From NCBI GenBank assembly GCA_041483895.1, contig JBGPGO010000017.1:1-64000 (forward strand): a stretch of DNA of 64,000 bases, read 5' to 3'. Shown here piece by piece: positions 19,986 through 30,434 of this stretch (position 1 is its first letter; each line of letters begins with the position of its first letter). A program made the translations under genes and the position numbers. Source of the stretch: Fimbriimonadia bacterium (GTDB lineage: Bacteria; Armatimonadota; Fimbriimonadia; Fimbriimonadales; JABRVX01). The notes beneath the pieces were generated by a model that saw only the letters and a program-made list of their open reading frames with translations, ran no database searches and was not told the DNA's origin.

Positions 19986-20801
19986 TTAGTCGGATACCAG
20001 GCGGGCAATTTCCACAAGCTGTCTTAGCAGGGGCTCTGCTTGGGCGAGGGGCCACTGGGTTGCGGGGTCGGACAGGGCCCGCTCGGGATCGGGGTGAATC
20101 TCCATAAAAATGCCGTCCACTCCGGCGGCGACGGCGGCGCGGGCGAGTGGGGGGATGGCTTCGCGATTGCCGCCGGATACCGTTCCCGCCGCGCCGGGCC
20201 GTTGGGCGGAATGCGTGGCGTCAAATATTACGGGGACGCCGAGTGAGCGCATGATAGGCAGACCGGCCATGTCGACGATGAGGGTGTTGTATCCGAACGT
20301 GGTCCCGCGCTCGGTGAGGGCGATTCCCTTTGCGCCGGCGTGCCGCAGCTTGTCCACGATGTTCTTGCAGTCCCAGGGCGCGAGGAACTGACCCTTCTTG
20401 ACGTTGACCGGCTTGCCCGTTGCCGCGGCGGCGAGAAGCAGGTCGGTCTGTCGGCAGAGAAAGGCTGGGATTTGCAGCAGGTCCACCACCTCGGCGACTG
20501 TGGAGCATTGGTCGGGAAGGTGAACATCGGTGGTGACCGGAACTCCGAATTCGCGCTTGATAGCCGAGAGGATTTGCAGGCCGTCGTCCATTCCGGGACC
20601 GCGCGGCGTGTCACCGGAGGAGCGGTTGGCCTTGTCGAAGCTGGCCTTGAAGATATAGGGGATCTCCAGCCGGGAGGTGATCTCTACGAGGGCCGCGGCA
20701 ACTGTCCGGGAAAGATCGAGGCTCTCGGCGACACAGGGACCGGCGATGAGCGCCAGCCGCCCGCCGCCTATCTTCACCCCGCCGACTTCTACGACTTCCA
20801 T
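19986..20801 (-). CDS. kdsA: KDO-8-phosphate synthase
   Basis: IAGPC, KASFDKANRS, QIPAFLCRQTDL, KKGQF and FDATHS motifs. Confidence 0.95.
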   Translation of the reverse strand: MEVVEVGGVKIGGGRLALIAGPCVAESLDLSRTVAAALVEITSRLEIPYIFKASFDKANRSSGDTPRGPGMDDGLQILSAIKREFGVPVTTDVHLPDQCSTVAEVVDLLQIPAFLCRQTDLLLAAAATGKPVNVKKGQFLAPWDCKNIVDKLRHAGAKGIALTERGTTFGYNTLIVDMAGLPIMRSLGVPVIFDATHSAQRPGAAGTVSGGNREAIPPLARAAVAAGVDGIFMEIHPDPERALSDPATQWPLAQAEPLLRQLVEIARLVSD

Positions 20802-21023
20802 GCGCCTATTCTGGCACGCGGGCTGGTGTCGTGGTCTTGGTTGTCGGCACGCGACCGGTATCGGAAGCAGTGAACCCCGACACATCGCATGATGAGCGGC
20901 CAGCAAGGGCGTTTCAATGATATTCCGCCGCAAATTCTCCCGAATCTAACCAAATCTTCACAGTCTAGGCCGTATGCTTTAAGAATGACTTTGACCGCAA
21001 GCAATGAGCTTGGAGGTACGGAA

Positions 21024-21710
21024 GTGACGAAGGCCTCCATTTTGGTGGTAGACGACGAAGAGGACATACTCGATCTCGTTCGGTTCAATCTGGGGCGAGA
21101 AGGCTTTCAGATTTCGGAAGCGGCGAGCGGTGAGGCCGCGCTGGCGAAGATCAAGCAGAAGCTGCCCGACCTGATCATTTTGGACCTCATGCTGCCGGGG
21201 CTCGATGGCTACGAAGTTTGCCGGGCTTTAAAACGTGATCCCCGAACGGCCCAAATACCTATTATAATGCTAACTGCCAAGGGAGAAGAAGCAGATATGG
21301 TAGTCGGCCTAGAGCTAGGGGCAGACGATTATTTACCGAAGCCGTTCAGTCCGCGGGTGTTATCCGCGCGGGTGAAGGCGGTCCTGCGTCGCTCCGTGGC
21401 GCCCGCGGCAGACGAGACGGCCACACTGCGAATCGGCAATATGACGCTCGATCCGCGCCGGTATGAAGCCCGAGTCGAAGGCCAAATCGTCAATCTCACC
21501 GCAACCGAATTCCGAATCCTTCACTATTTGGCACGCCGGCCGGGGTGGGTTTTCACCCGCGACCAGATCCTGACCTCGGTCCAACACGGGGAGTACCCGG
21601 TGACGGACCGTTCCGTTGACGTGCACATCGTTTCTCTCCGTCGCAAGCTTGGGACTTGCGCCGAAATGATTGAAACCGTTCGTGGGGTCGGATACCGGTT
21701 CCAAGGGTAG
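21024..21710 (+). CDS. OmpR/PhoB family response regulator
   Basis: VVDDE, LDLMLP, LTAK, GADDY, KPF, winged-helix C-terminus; GGAGG before GTG. Confidence 0.9.
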   Translation: MTKASILVVDDEEDILDLVRFNLGREGFQISEAASGEAALAKIKQKLPDLIILDLMLPGLDGYEVCRALKRDPRTAQIPIIMLTAKGEEADMVVGLELGADDYLPKPFSPRVLSARVKAVLRRSVAPAADETATLRIGNMTLDPRRYEARVEGQIVNLTATEFRILHYLARRPGWVFTRDQILTSVQHGEYPVTDRSVDVHIVSLRRKLGTCAEMIETVRGVGYRFQG

Positions 21711-21714
21711 CGCC

Positions 21715-23478
21715 TTGCGCCGACCGGGTCTCGTCTCCCAACTAGCTTCCACTCACTCGCTCATCCTCGTTCTTGCCGTCGTGCTTGTCACCGTCGCTTC
21801 TTGCTTCGTGTGGGAACGGCCCTATACGCAACAGATCGCGACGTCGCTGGAGCAAGGGACCAAACTGCTCGCTCGGGACGCCGCCGAACTGATCCCCACA
21901 AAGCGGTTCGATATCTTGACGGTTAATTGCGTTGACGCGGCCGCGGGATCGCCTCTGCGATTTTCGTTCATCTTGCCTAGCGGCGAGATCGGAGCCGATT
22001 CGGCGCAGTACGCCGAGCGCGACAGGGCATTGGCGTGGCCGGGAGTGCGTGAGGCGCTGTCCGGCCGAATTGCGCGATCCGGCACGGATATGGAACCGTC
22101 CGCGTCGGAACAAATGTTTGTTTGCGCCCCCGTGAAATCCGGGGACGAGGTGATCGGGGTGGTGCGCGGCAGCGTTCTGACCGCGGCGTTCCGCGAGGTG
22201 ACGGTGGCCGCATATAGCCAGATCGCCATCATCGGGCTGATCGCGCTGGTTCTGACGATCACGCTGTCGGTCCTCACCCATCGCAGGATTTCCCGGGATG
22301 TGTCCGTGATTCGGACCGCCGTTCGGCAGCTCGAATCGGGCCAGGCGCCGAAGTTCCCTCCGATCGATTCGGAGGAGATTGTCGGCCTGGCGGAGACCCT
22401 CGGCGTAACGGCCCGAACGCTAAACGATCGATTCGTCGAACTGTCACGCCAACGCAACGAGCGGGAGGCCATCCTGACCAGCATGGTGGAAGGGGTCATT
22501 GCCGTTGACCTCCAAAATCGAATCGTTCTGGTCAACGATGCCGTGGGACATCTGCTTTCCACTTCGGTGACCGATCCGGAAGGCAAGCCGTTGGAGGAGG
22601 CTGTACGCAATGCCGACCTGCACCGATTCGTCGCGGGCGCCCAGTCTTCGCGCGAATTGGCGCAGGGGGAAATCGTCGTGAGGGACCCCAACGAACGGAT
22701 CATGCTGGCGACGGCGACTCCGCTGCAGGATGCCAACGGCGGACGAATCGGCACACTGATCATGCTGAACGATGTGACTCAGCTCCGGCGTTTGGAGCGG
22801 GTGCGAAAGGACTTCGTGGCCAACGTGACCCATGAGCTGAAGACGCCGATCAGCGCAATACAGGGCGCGGTGGAGACGCTTGGGGATGGCGGACCTCTTG
22901 ACATTGAAGATACGAAGCGGTTTCTGGATATGATTCTGCGGCATTCCAACCGGCTCAATGCGATTATCGACGACCTGCTGTATTTGGCGCGGGTCGAAGA
23001 GGAGGAAGGCCGCTCGACGCTGGATTTGGAGGAGGCGCCTTTGATGCCGTCCTTGCGCGGGGCGGTTGTGAACTGCACGAAGATGGCGATGGATGCTGGA
23101 ATTCAGCTTCGTCTGACGGGCTCCGACGAGCTGCGCGCGGCCATCAACGGGCCGCTCCTGGAGCAGGCCGTCACGAACCTGCTGGAGAACGCGATTCGAT
23201 ACAGCGGGCAAGGGAAAGAGGTAGCGGTCGAGGTGGAGCGGGTGGATGGGGGGATTGAGATTCATGTGCGCGATCAGGGGATCGGGATAGAGGCACACCA
23301 TCTGCCTCGGCTGTTCGAGCGATTTTATCGGGCGGACGCGGCTCGAACCCGGGCCTCCGGCGGGACGGGGCTGGGGCTGGCGATTGTGAAGCATATCGTG
23401 CAGGCCCACGGCGGTGAGATCGGCGTGACGAGCATCCCAGGCAAGGGGTCCGTGTTTACGATACGGCTTGCGGCCTAA
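21715..23478 (+). CDS. PhoR-like sensor histidine kinase (PAS, HisKA, HATPase)
   Basis: DFVANVTHELKTP, NLLENAIRY, DQGIGI and GGTGLGL motifs; start uncertain. Confidence 0.9.
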   Translation: MRRPGLVSQLASTHSLILVLAVVLVTVASCFVWERPYTQQIATSLEQGTKLLARDAAELIPTKRFDILTVNCVDAAAGSPLRFSFILPSGEIGADSAQYAERDRALAWPGVREALSGRIARSGTDMEPSASEQMFVCAPVKSGDEVIGVVRGSVLTAAFREVTVAAYSQIAIIGLIALVLTITLSVLTHRRISRDVSVIRTAVRQLESGQAPKFPPIDSEEIVGLAETLGVTARTLNDRFVELSRQRNEREAILTSMVEGVIAVDLQNRIVLVNDAVGHLLSTSVTDPEGKPLEEAVRNADLHRFVAGAQSSRELAQGEIVVRDPNERIMLATATPLQDANGGRIGTLIMLNDVTQLRRLERVRKDFVANVTHELKTPISAIQGAVETLGDGGPLDIEDTKRFLDMILRHSNRLNAIIDDLLYLARVEEEEGRSTLDLEEAPLMPSLRGAVVNCTKMAMDAGIQLRLTGSDELRAAINGPLLEQAVTNLLENAIRYSGQGKEVAVEVERVDGGIEIHVRDQGIGIEAHHLPRLFERFYRADAARTRASGGTGLGLAIVKHIVQAHGGEIGVTSIPGKGSVFTIRLAA

Positions 23479-23489
23479 TCAAGAGCTTA

Positions 23490-23691
23490 GATGCGACCGG
23501 TCTCCTGACCGAGTCGCAACGAATTCTACGATACGATTGGCGGCTTAATCCCGAGCCTAGATGCGACCGGTCTCCCGACCGAGTCGCAACGATTCTTTAG
23601 GTCTCCTGACCATACTTGCGACGCGGTCGGGAGACCGGTCGCATCGGAGAAGACCCCCACCCCAGCCCTACCCCGCAAGCGGGGGAGGGGG
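23490..23691. repeat. BIME-like REP cluster (family A x3 plus a partial, family B x1)
   Basis: A at 23490-23518, 23560-23588 and inverted 23617-23645; B at 23654-23691. Confidence 0.9.
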
Positions 23692-23699
23692 ATTAGGGA

Positions 23700-25835
23700 T
23701 CAACATCCCACACCGAAGTTTATGAATACGATATTCAGGTCCTGAAGGGTGACGACTCCATCGTGGTCCAGGTCCTCGGGCAGGCCGGAACCGGTCTCGC
23801 CGAAATGCAGAAAAATTAGGTTCATGTCGAGCAAATCTACGCAGCCGTCGCCGTTTACATCACCCTGCGGGAAGTTCTCGAGCGCGAAGAGCTGCGCCTC
23901 CTGCAGCTGCACCCAGTTCTGATCCACATCGCTCACGATGCGCGCGTACCGCCCCCTTACCGGCGTGAAACTGTACTCACACCGATTGCCGAGCCCGGTC
24001 AGCCACTGCAGCTCGAAATCCCCGGCCTGGCGGGTCAGGTCCCAATCGGTCTCCAACGGAACAATGGTCTGCTCACCGGCGAACTTGCCCGTCGTAGAGA
24101 CCTCCAGATGGAACTGGCTGAACCAATCGTGGGTGTTTCCGGCATACGAAAAAATGATCGCCTTGTAGAGCCAGTAGTTCTTTTGCAGGTCCACCTGCCA
24201 CCACTGGTTCGCGAGGCCCAGCGGATACCAGGTGCGCGTTGGATCGGTCGTATCCCCGTTGTTGGCGTTTGCCGCGTGTTGCGCGTCGCTGCTTGCCGTC
24301 GCGGGTTTGCCCAGCGCCACGTCCACGATCCCGAGCGTGGCGCCGTCGGGCGGAGGGAAGATGCTGGTCAGAAACGTGTAGGTCGCGGCGTCGGTCTGCC
24401 CGCTCCAATACGCGAGATTGGGTTGGATGATTTCGAGCCAGCGGTAGTCTTCTTGGCCGTCTTTCACGATTTTTATCATCATCAGCGCGTTGGCGCCGAC
24501 GACGTTGATCTTGCCGAACGGATTTGCGCGGAGGGTATGTCCGGTGGCGGTGGTAGTCGTCGGCGTCGATCGGTTGGGAAGCGCCATGCGCCCGTTCCAG
24601 TCCGACATCCCGGTTATCACCGGGACGTTCGTGATCTGTTCGTTATTCTCGTTCTTTTGGTAGATGCTGATCTGGGCATCCGTCAGCGGGTCGCCATTGA
24701 TATCGTATAGCTGGATCGTGTTGCTGAGAGGCACGTCGTACATGAACTCGCCGTAGTAGCCCCGCCGCTTGTGCAGGTTCCGTTGGAAGAAGCCGGCGGT
24801 ATGGGAGTCATAGTAACTGCCGTCGAAACCGGGCCACACATAGCCCCCGCCCATCAGCCCCGCCGCGTGGAAACCGTGTCCCGAACCCAGCTGCGTGCCG
24901 TCCAGACGCATGATGTGATTCCAGCTAGGGTCCAGGTTCATGCGATATTCGTCGATGGCGCCGAGCTGGTGGGACAGCTCGTGCACGAGACCCCAATCGA
25001 TGGAATTAATGATGGCATTCACATAGGTGTCCCAATCGAGCTGCTTTTGCTCCAAAGTGCTCCCATAGGTGGTGAATTGCCATCGTCCGTCGTTGAGCAG
25101 AACGTGCGGATCGGCGTCCATGTACGCCTGCCAATTGTTGAGGTTGTTGGGATCGAACGGCACGACGTTGATTTCTTCCACTCGAATTCGTTCGGTGATG
25201 CCGTTCGGGGCGACGAGCTGGTAGATGGAATGAGCGAAGTCAAGACGCATCGCGTCGAATTGCCACCGAAGCCAGTCCTCGAATGATTTGGTGCCGAAAC
25301 CGTTGATGCGGGCGTTGAACCGGTCGTATAGTCCCTGCTCGATCCAAATGCAGAAGCTCAGGCCGTTGGTGTAGTCGGCGTAGGTGTTGTTTTGGATGTA
25401 CAGGTCCCCGATCTGATGGTCGGGATCGACCTGGATTCGGACCTTGTGATCGTCCAGGTTCGGCGGCCAGGTCCATTGCAGGGTGACGGTCACAGTCATG
25501 CCCGGCGCGACGTCACCCAAGTACACCTGGTTCTGCGGCGTCTGGGCCACGTCGTCGATGTACCATCGATACGCGAAATTGGTGGCCGCCGTCGTGCCGT
25601 GGTTTCGTATTTGGGCCGTGAAGGTGACCGCCTCGCCAGGGTTGGGCCAATGCTGGTCCAGGATCGGGTCTTTCCCGCCATGCGTCGATGCAAGAGAGGG
25701 GATGCCGTTTCCGTCGTATTGAACGTTGTATCGCCAATACAGCGGCGAGCGGCTGATGCATCGCACGCCCAGATCGACATACGCTTGCGCGCCCGAACAG
25801 GCGAGCACCGAAATCGCGACCGCCCACTTCACCAT
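23700..25835 (-). CDS. Secreted protein: CARDB, HExxH putative metallopeptidase, F5/8-type C domain, dockerin-like EF-hand pair
   Basis: VTFTAQIRNHG, HELSH, VALGKPATASS, GDVNGDGCVDLLD...DLDHDGVVTLQD. Confidence 0.8.
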   Translation of the reverse strand: MVKWAVAISVLACSGAQAYVDLGVRCISRSPLYWRYNVQYDGNGIPSLASTHGGKDPILDQHWPNPGEAVTFTAQIRNHGTTAATNFAYRWYIDDVAQTPQNQVYLGDVAPGMTVTVTLQWTWPPNLDDHKVRIQVDPDHQIGDLYIQNNTYADYTNGLSFCIWIEQGLYDRFNARINGFGTKSFEDWLRWQFDAMRLDFAHSIYQLVAPNGITERIRVEEINVVPFDPNNLNNWQAYMDADPHVLLNDGRWQFTTYGSTLEQKQLDWDTYVNAIINSIDWGLVHELSHQLGAIDEYRMNLDPSWNHIMRLDGTQLGSGHGFHAAGLMGGGYVWPGFDGSYYDSHTAGFFQRNLHKRRGYYGEFMYDVPLSNTIQLYDINGDPLTDAQISIYQKNENNEQITNVPVITGMSDWNGRMALPNRSTPTTTTATGHTLRANPFGKINVVGANALMMIKIVKDGQEDYRWLEIIQPNLAYWSGQTDAATYTFLTSIFPPPDGATLGIVDVALGKPATASSDAQHAANANNGDTTDPTRTWYPLGLANQWWQVDLQKNYWLYKAIIFSYAGNTHDWFSQFHLEVSTTGKFAGEQTIVPLETDWDLTRQAGDFELQWLTGLGNRCEYSFTPVRGRYARIVSDVDQNWVQLQEAQLFALENFPQGDVNGDGCVDLLDMNLIFLHFGETGSGLPEDLDHDGVVTLQDLNIVFINFGVGC

Positions 25836-25931
25836 ACCCGTCCTCCCTTGCCAACACGGCGCCGGCGTTTCTATTGACGGCTGCCGGGTTGCGGCGTTTC
25901 ATACAGGATATCGCAGGTCGGCCGCAAATTC

Positions 25932-26017
25932 GATGCGACCGGTCTCCCGACCGAGTCGCAAGTATGGTGAGGAGACGTCAAGAAACTTTGCGACTCGGTC
26001 GGGAGACCGGTCGCATC
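25932..26017. repeat. Inverted pair of family A REP-like elements
   Basis: gatgcgaccggtctcccgaccgagtcgca 25932-25960 and its reverse complement 25989-26017. Confidence 0.9.
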
Positions 26018-26067
26018 TAACTTGATCTTCGCAGGAAGCGGTGCTCTGGCAACGAATCCCCACTAGC

Positions 26068-26907
26068 GTGAAACGATTGATTGGCGCGCATATGTCCACT
26101 TCGAAAGGCTTCGATGGGGCAATACGGGAAGGAGCCGAGATCGGCTGCGACTGCGTTCAGGTGTTCACGTCCAGCCCGATGATGTGGAAGGGCAAGACGA
26201 TTAAAGAGGAGGACGTGGCGAAGTTCCACGCGGCGATCAAAGAGACGAAGATGGGGGCGGTGCTGACGCACGGGATTTACCTGATGAACCTGGCCTCGCC
26301 CGATGCGACCATCTTAGAGCGCTCCAAACAGGCCTACGTGGAAGAGCTGACGCGCTGCGCGAAGCTCGGCATCCCGCATGCTGTGGTCCACGTCGGAAAG
26401 CACATGAGCTCGGGCGAAGAGGCGGGCGTCAAGACGCTTGGAGAAAGCATCGCATGGGTGCTAGACAATTCCGAGGGGTCGGATATCGCGATGGAGACGG
26501 ACGCGGGACAAGGGACCTGCATCGGGCACAAGTTCGAGCATTTGGGCAAGGTTTTGGAGATGAACAAGGGCCATAAGCGGCTTCGGGTCTGCATGGATAC
26601 CTGCCACATCTTTGCCGCCGGGTACGACATCCGCACGCCGGCGGGGTTCAAGAAGGTTCTGGACGAGTTCGACAAGATCATTGGGCTGGACTGCCTCATA
26701 GGGATCCATGCCAACGACAGCAAGTACCCGCTGGGCTCGCAAAAAGACCGGCATCAGCATATTGGGGACGGGGATATTGGCCTGGAGGCGTTCCGGTTCC
26801 TGGTAAACGAGAAGCGGATCGCCCACGCGCCGATCTATGTTGAGACGCCGGAGATGGAGACGATGCACGCGGAAAACGTCCGCCGGCTGCGGTCGCTGGT
26901 GAAGTAA
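26068..26907 (+). CDS. nfo: Endonuclease IV
   Basis: IGAHMS, HGIYLMNLAS, DTCHIFAAGYD, HANDSK, DRH and ETP motifs. Confidence 0.93.
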   Translation: MKRLIGAHMSTSKGFDGAIREGAEIGCDCVQVFTSSPMMWKGKTIKEEDVAKFHAAIKETKMGAVLTHGIYLMNLASPDATILERSKQAYVEELTRCAKLGIPHAVVHVGKHMSSGEEAGVKTLGESIAWVLDNSEGSDIAMETDAGQGTCIGHKFEHLGKVLEMNKGHKRLRVCMDTCHIFAAGYDIRTPAGFKKVLDEFDKIIGLDCLIGIHANDSKYPLGSQKDRHQHIGDGDIGLEAFRFLVNEKRIAHAPIYVETPEMETMHAENVRRLRSLVK

Positions 26908-26981
26908 GCGGGGATTGAAAGGTTTGAGCCGATGAGTCCGCACCGCGAGACGACTCGCAGCCGCCCGTTGGCATCCCGACT

Positions 26982-28448
26982 CTACGGCACTCCGATCTTG
27001 GCGCTCTGCAGCCAGGCCCCGCCCATATCCGTGACCTTCGTGTTGAACGCCCAGTCGCCGCTGGCATTGGTGATCTTCATGACGAATAGGTTCTTGCCTT
27101 TCCGAAGCTGCACATCGATAACATTCGGCTGGTGGTGCCACTCGCGGTTGGCCGACGACGCGTAGAGCAACTGCCCGTTGTGCCAAAGCTTGAGGCCGCC
27201 GTCGCGTTGGTTCCAGATCTGGGCGAGCTGATCTTTGTCGGACTCGACCTCGAACGCGGCGTATACCACCTGGTCTGTGGTCAGTTCGCCCAGGGCGTCG
27301 GCAAAGCACATGTACTTGCCCGGCGCGGAGGCCAGCTTCCAGGGCCGCCTGCCGTTCAGCGTCGCCAGCTTCGCCCCAATCTGGGCCTCGTCCGTGAACG
27401 CGTGATCGAGGCCATGGTCGGGCTTTCCTTTGGCCGCGAAGGGTCCGAGCACCAGCATGTCGCGCACGTAGGGGTTCAGCCAAGGGTTGTTGGAGCGGCG
27501 GGTGCACGTGAGTTCGCGCCACATCTTGCGGGTGACGTACTCGCGCATGATCTGCTCGTAGAACGGCAGCCAATACTTCTGCCCTTCCTTAAGCCCGAAG
27601 ACGCCCCACAGCTCGCTGGCGCCGCCGCCGTCCGAGGTCCAGTCCATGAGGTCGTCGTAGCCTTGCACCCAGCCCAGGGCCATGCTGACGCAATGGAGCC
27701 ACTCGTGGAGTTGGACTTCGCCGTCGGGACCCGTACAATTGCCCGCGCCACAGTTGAAGCCCACCCAGGTCGCCAGCTTGGTCTCGGGGAACGCGCCCAT
27801 GGTGCCGGCGAGGCAGCTCCAGTTCAAGGGGTCGCTCTTCTCGTTCTTGTCGCCGGCGGCCTTGGCGTAGGCGAAGATGCTGTCTGCATCGCCGCGCTTC
27901 ATGCCCTTGAGCGCTGAGGCGCAGGTGCTGAATCCAGGGTAGCCCTCCCACGAGGTCAGGGGCTTGTCGACAATCTCCATCTTCCATAGGATGCGGAGGT
28001 TGCCGTCGGTGTACTTCCACACGAGGTCCTTGAAGCCGTTCATGCCTTGCCGGATGCCTTCGATCTCGTCGTCGCGGAACTTGTAGACGGAGTGCAGGTC
28101 CTTGCCCTTGTCGTCCTTGTGCTTGACGTCGGTGTTGCGAAACACGAGGACCTTGACCTTCCACTCGCCGGCTTTGGCGGGGTCGGCGTTTGGGGGCACC
28201 TTCGCGCGAAGCTCTCGCAACTTAGCGAAAAGGACGGCTCGGGTGGTCGTCTTCGTGTCGGTGTGGCCCGAGTCGAGGATGTCCTCGTACAACTGAAGCG
28301 CCTTGGCGAAGTCGCCTTGTTTATCGGCCTCGACGGCGGATCGACGCGCGGCGTTGGCGTCGGGCAGGAATGGGACGGTCTTTGGCGCCTCTAAGGCGCT
28401 GAGAGCAGGCAAGGCAATGGACATCATGGCTATCGCGGCAACGATCAT
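26982..28448 (-). CDS. Secreted hypothetical protein with HExxH motif
   Basis: Signal peptide, LHEWLH; strong GC3 coding bias. Confidence 0.7.
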   Translation of the reverse strand: MIVAAIAMMSIALPALSALEAPKTVPFLPDANAARRSAVEADKQGDFAKALQLYEDILDSGHTDTKTTTRAVLFAKLRELRAKVPPNADPAKAGEWKVKVLVFRNTDVKHKDDKGKDLHSVYKFRDDEIEGIRQGMNGFKDLVWKYTDGNLRILWKMEIVDKPLTSWEGYPGFSTCASALKGMKRGDADSIFAYAKAAGDKNEKSDPLNWSCLAGTMGAFPETKLATWVGFNCGAGNCTGPDGEVQLHEWLHCVSMALGWVQGYDDLMDWTSDGGGASELWGVFGLKEGQKYWLPFYEQIMREYVTRKMWRELTCTRRSNNPWLNPYVRDMLVLGPFAAKGKPDHGLDHAFTDEAQIGAKLATLNGRRPWKLASAPGKYMCFADALGELTTDQVVYAAFEVESDKDQLAQIWNQRDGGLKLWHNGQLLYASSANREWHHQPNVIDVQLRKGKNLFVMKITNASGDWAFNTKVTDMGGAWLQSAKIGVP

Positions 28449-28593
28449 GGCACAACCTCTCGGGACTGGTATGCCCACATTATGGCGTCGGACCTGCGGT
28501 GGCCGGTGCGCCACAGACAGCGAATGAGGAGGCAATGCACGATCCTCATCCGCCCTGATCTACTGGGCCGCTAGAAACTCACCGCTCAGCCCA

Positions 28594-29085
28594 TTAGAAA
28601 TGCACTTGCTGATCGCCCCAGCATGTTTGTAGGTAGTCGATCTGCGCGGCATGGGAAAAGGCATGAATCCCCGGCAATTTCATCAGGAATGTCATCGGCA
28701 TGGACCAGCCCAGCGAACTATCAAGAGTAGTGCCGATCGCTTCAGGAGTCAATGTATCGAGGGCAGCGATCACTTCGTCCGTGTTCTTTCGGAACAGGCT
28801 CTCCATCTCGACCCGGCTGGTTAACACCTGTTCCGCGGCCTCTATTCGCGCCACGAACTCGGGTATTTCATCGCCGGTTGGGAGCTTCCGATCGCGAATC
28901 ATCTGTGCAAAGCTGCCGGCACAAAGCGCTGTGTGCGCGGCAATCCGGATGGCGGACTTTGCTGTCGGCGACGGTGTCCAATTCAGCTTGTCGTCCGGTA
29001 CAAACGAGAACGTCTTCAGGAATTCCTCCATTCCATGCACTGCGCTCTCTTTATAGGAAGCAACCAGACTTTCCACTTTTGTCAT
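28594..29085 (-). CDS. DinB family protein
   Basis: PDDKLNWTP, SAIRIAAH and H..SH.AQIDYLQ motifs. Confidence 0.8.
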   Translation of the reverse strand: MTKVESLVASYKESAVHGMEEFLKTFSFVPDDKLNWTPSPTAKSAIRIAAHTALCAGSFAQMIRDRKLPTGDEIPEFVARIEAAEQVLTSRVEMESLFRKNTDEVIAALDTLTPEAIGTTLDSSLGWSMPMTFLMKLPGIHAFSHAAQIDYLQTCWGDQQVHF

Positions 29086-29141
29086 CCTTCCTCCTCATGC
29101 CGATTCTGTTGCGTTTCGGCGGGGCCGCTGATGGTTTTACA

Positions 29142-30089
29142 TCAGACGTCATCAGATTTGAAATAGAGTCGAGCAACCTCGGCAACGGCTTGATCCGCAT
29201 AAAGTGCCTTCTTAGAGCTCTTTGGATTTCCAGGATCGAGTAGCCGGATGTGGCACAAGTCTGCATTCGCCTTTATCTGATTCAGGACTTGTATAAATCT
29301 CGGATCCGCTTTGAATTCCGAATGGTCATCCTTTAGCTTAGTGACGAGCGATTTGTAGTCCAGCGGAAAGACTGTCCTGATGTCCTCCTGGGAGATTTGA
29401 ACCTTTGGAGCCAGTGGATCATGAGTAAGGGCAAGCCCGGTTGTAGCTGGAGTGGAACCACTGGTTTGAATCGGATTGATTTGAGCATTCATGGGACCTA
29501 TCTGGGCAATTCGAGCGAACAAATCCGTCCATCTCCGTTCGACAGAAACTTCGATGTGACGCATCATTTCCGCAAGTTCGGGATACTTGATGCGTTCGGA
29601 CTTTGCTCGGTACCGGTAATAGATGTCTCCCTCTTTTATTTCACCCACATTCTTAGTCGCCATCACGGGCTTTCGGAGGGCCGGCGGCGCATAAATGTAG
29701 CCAAGGGTCACTCCATGGAGCAGGAACGTCCCTCGGACATAGCGCACCTCTGGTGAAAAGTACTCGTTTAGAAACCCCGTTATCGTCGCATCATCCTGCT
29801 GTTCAAAGTTGGCGGTGAGCAATCCGACGAGCTCTCTCGGCTGATTCTTGACGCCGAAAATGAGATACCCACCTGAAGAATTTGCGAAGGCCGCTAGCGT
29901 CTTGCTGTAGCTGTCCTTCGACCCCCAATTGAATGCTTGCTTAAACTCGATGCTAGACCCCTCTCGGGCCAATACTCGACGTGGGGACGAATCGTCGACC
30001 TTCAACCGGCGGACAAGAGTGGTCTCGTGGTCTTCACCGATTTCCGCTTCCTTATGCTGTGCGCTCGTGTACTTCTTCACTTGCGTCAT
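29142..30089 (-). CDS. Schlafen/AlbA_2 domain protein
   Basis: EGSSIEFK, AAFANSSGGYLIFGV and IYYRY motifs; start uncertain. Confidence 0.8.
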   Translation of the reverse strand: MTQVKKYTSAQHKEAEIGEDHETTLVRRLKVDDSSPRRVLAREGSSIEFKQAFNWGSKDSYSKTLAAFANSSGGYLIFGVKNQPRELVGLLTANFEQQDDATITGFLNEYFSPEVRYVRGTFLLHGVTLGYIYAPPALRKPVMATKNVGEIKEGDIYYRYRAKSERIKYPELAEMMRHIEVSVERRWTDLFARIAQIGPMNAQINPIQTSGSTPATTGLALTHDPLAPKVQISQEDIRTVFPLDYKSLVTKLKDDHSEFKADPRFIQVLNQIKANADLCHIRLLDPGNPKSSKKALYADQAVAEVARLYFKSDDV

Positions 30090-30434
30090 TCTTTTACCCG
30101 AAGAAGCAACACAAGTTCCCGACACATCGACAAACCCTGGCGGGGGGGGCATCTGTCCAGCGGCCAGAACAGGGCCTAGGCGAAGCTTGGAAATGGCCGA
30201 GCGAAGCTGGAAATGAGCCGTCAGTCCTGGGAATGACCGCCTAATCCCGCCTCGAGTCGATCCGGTGCGACGCTGCCATGAGGATTCTGGGTGCCTCCGA
30301 GGTATCCTATAACGGTTTCGGGGTAGGGTGAGCTCAGGTTCTTCGCAGCCTCGGCCGAATTAGGACGCCATCGTCGCGGCTGAACCGTCTTTCTAGTCGG
30401 AACGTAGGATCAGCCGTGTTTGGAAGGAAGCGTT

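Noticed and set aside
23490..23691. Repeats of about 29 bp with spacers resembling a CRISPR array
   Set aside because: Copies occur in both orientations, are dispersed at four loci with irregular spacing, and no cas genes are present; REP-like instead
30181..30220. Short direct repeat cgaagct(t)ggaaatg between AlbA_2 and the RM gene
   Set aside because: Only two short copies; insufficient support for a function
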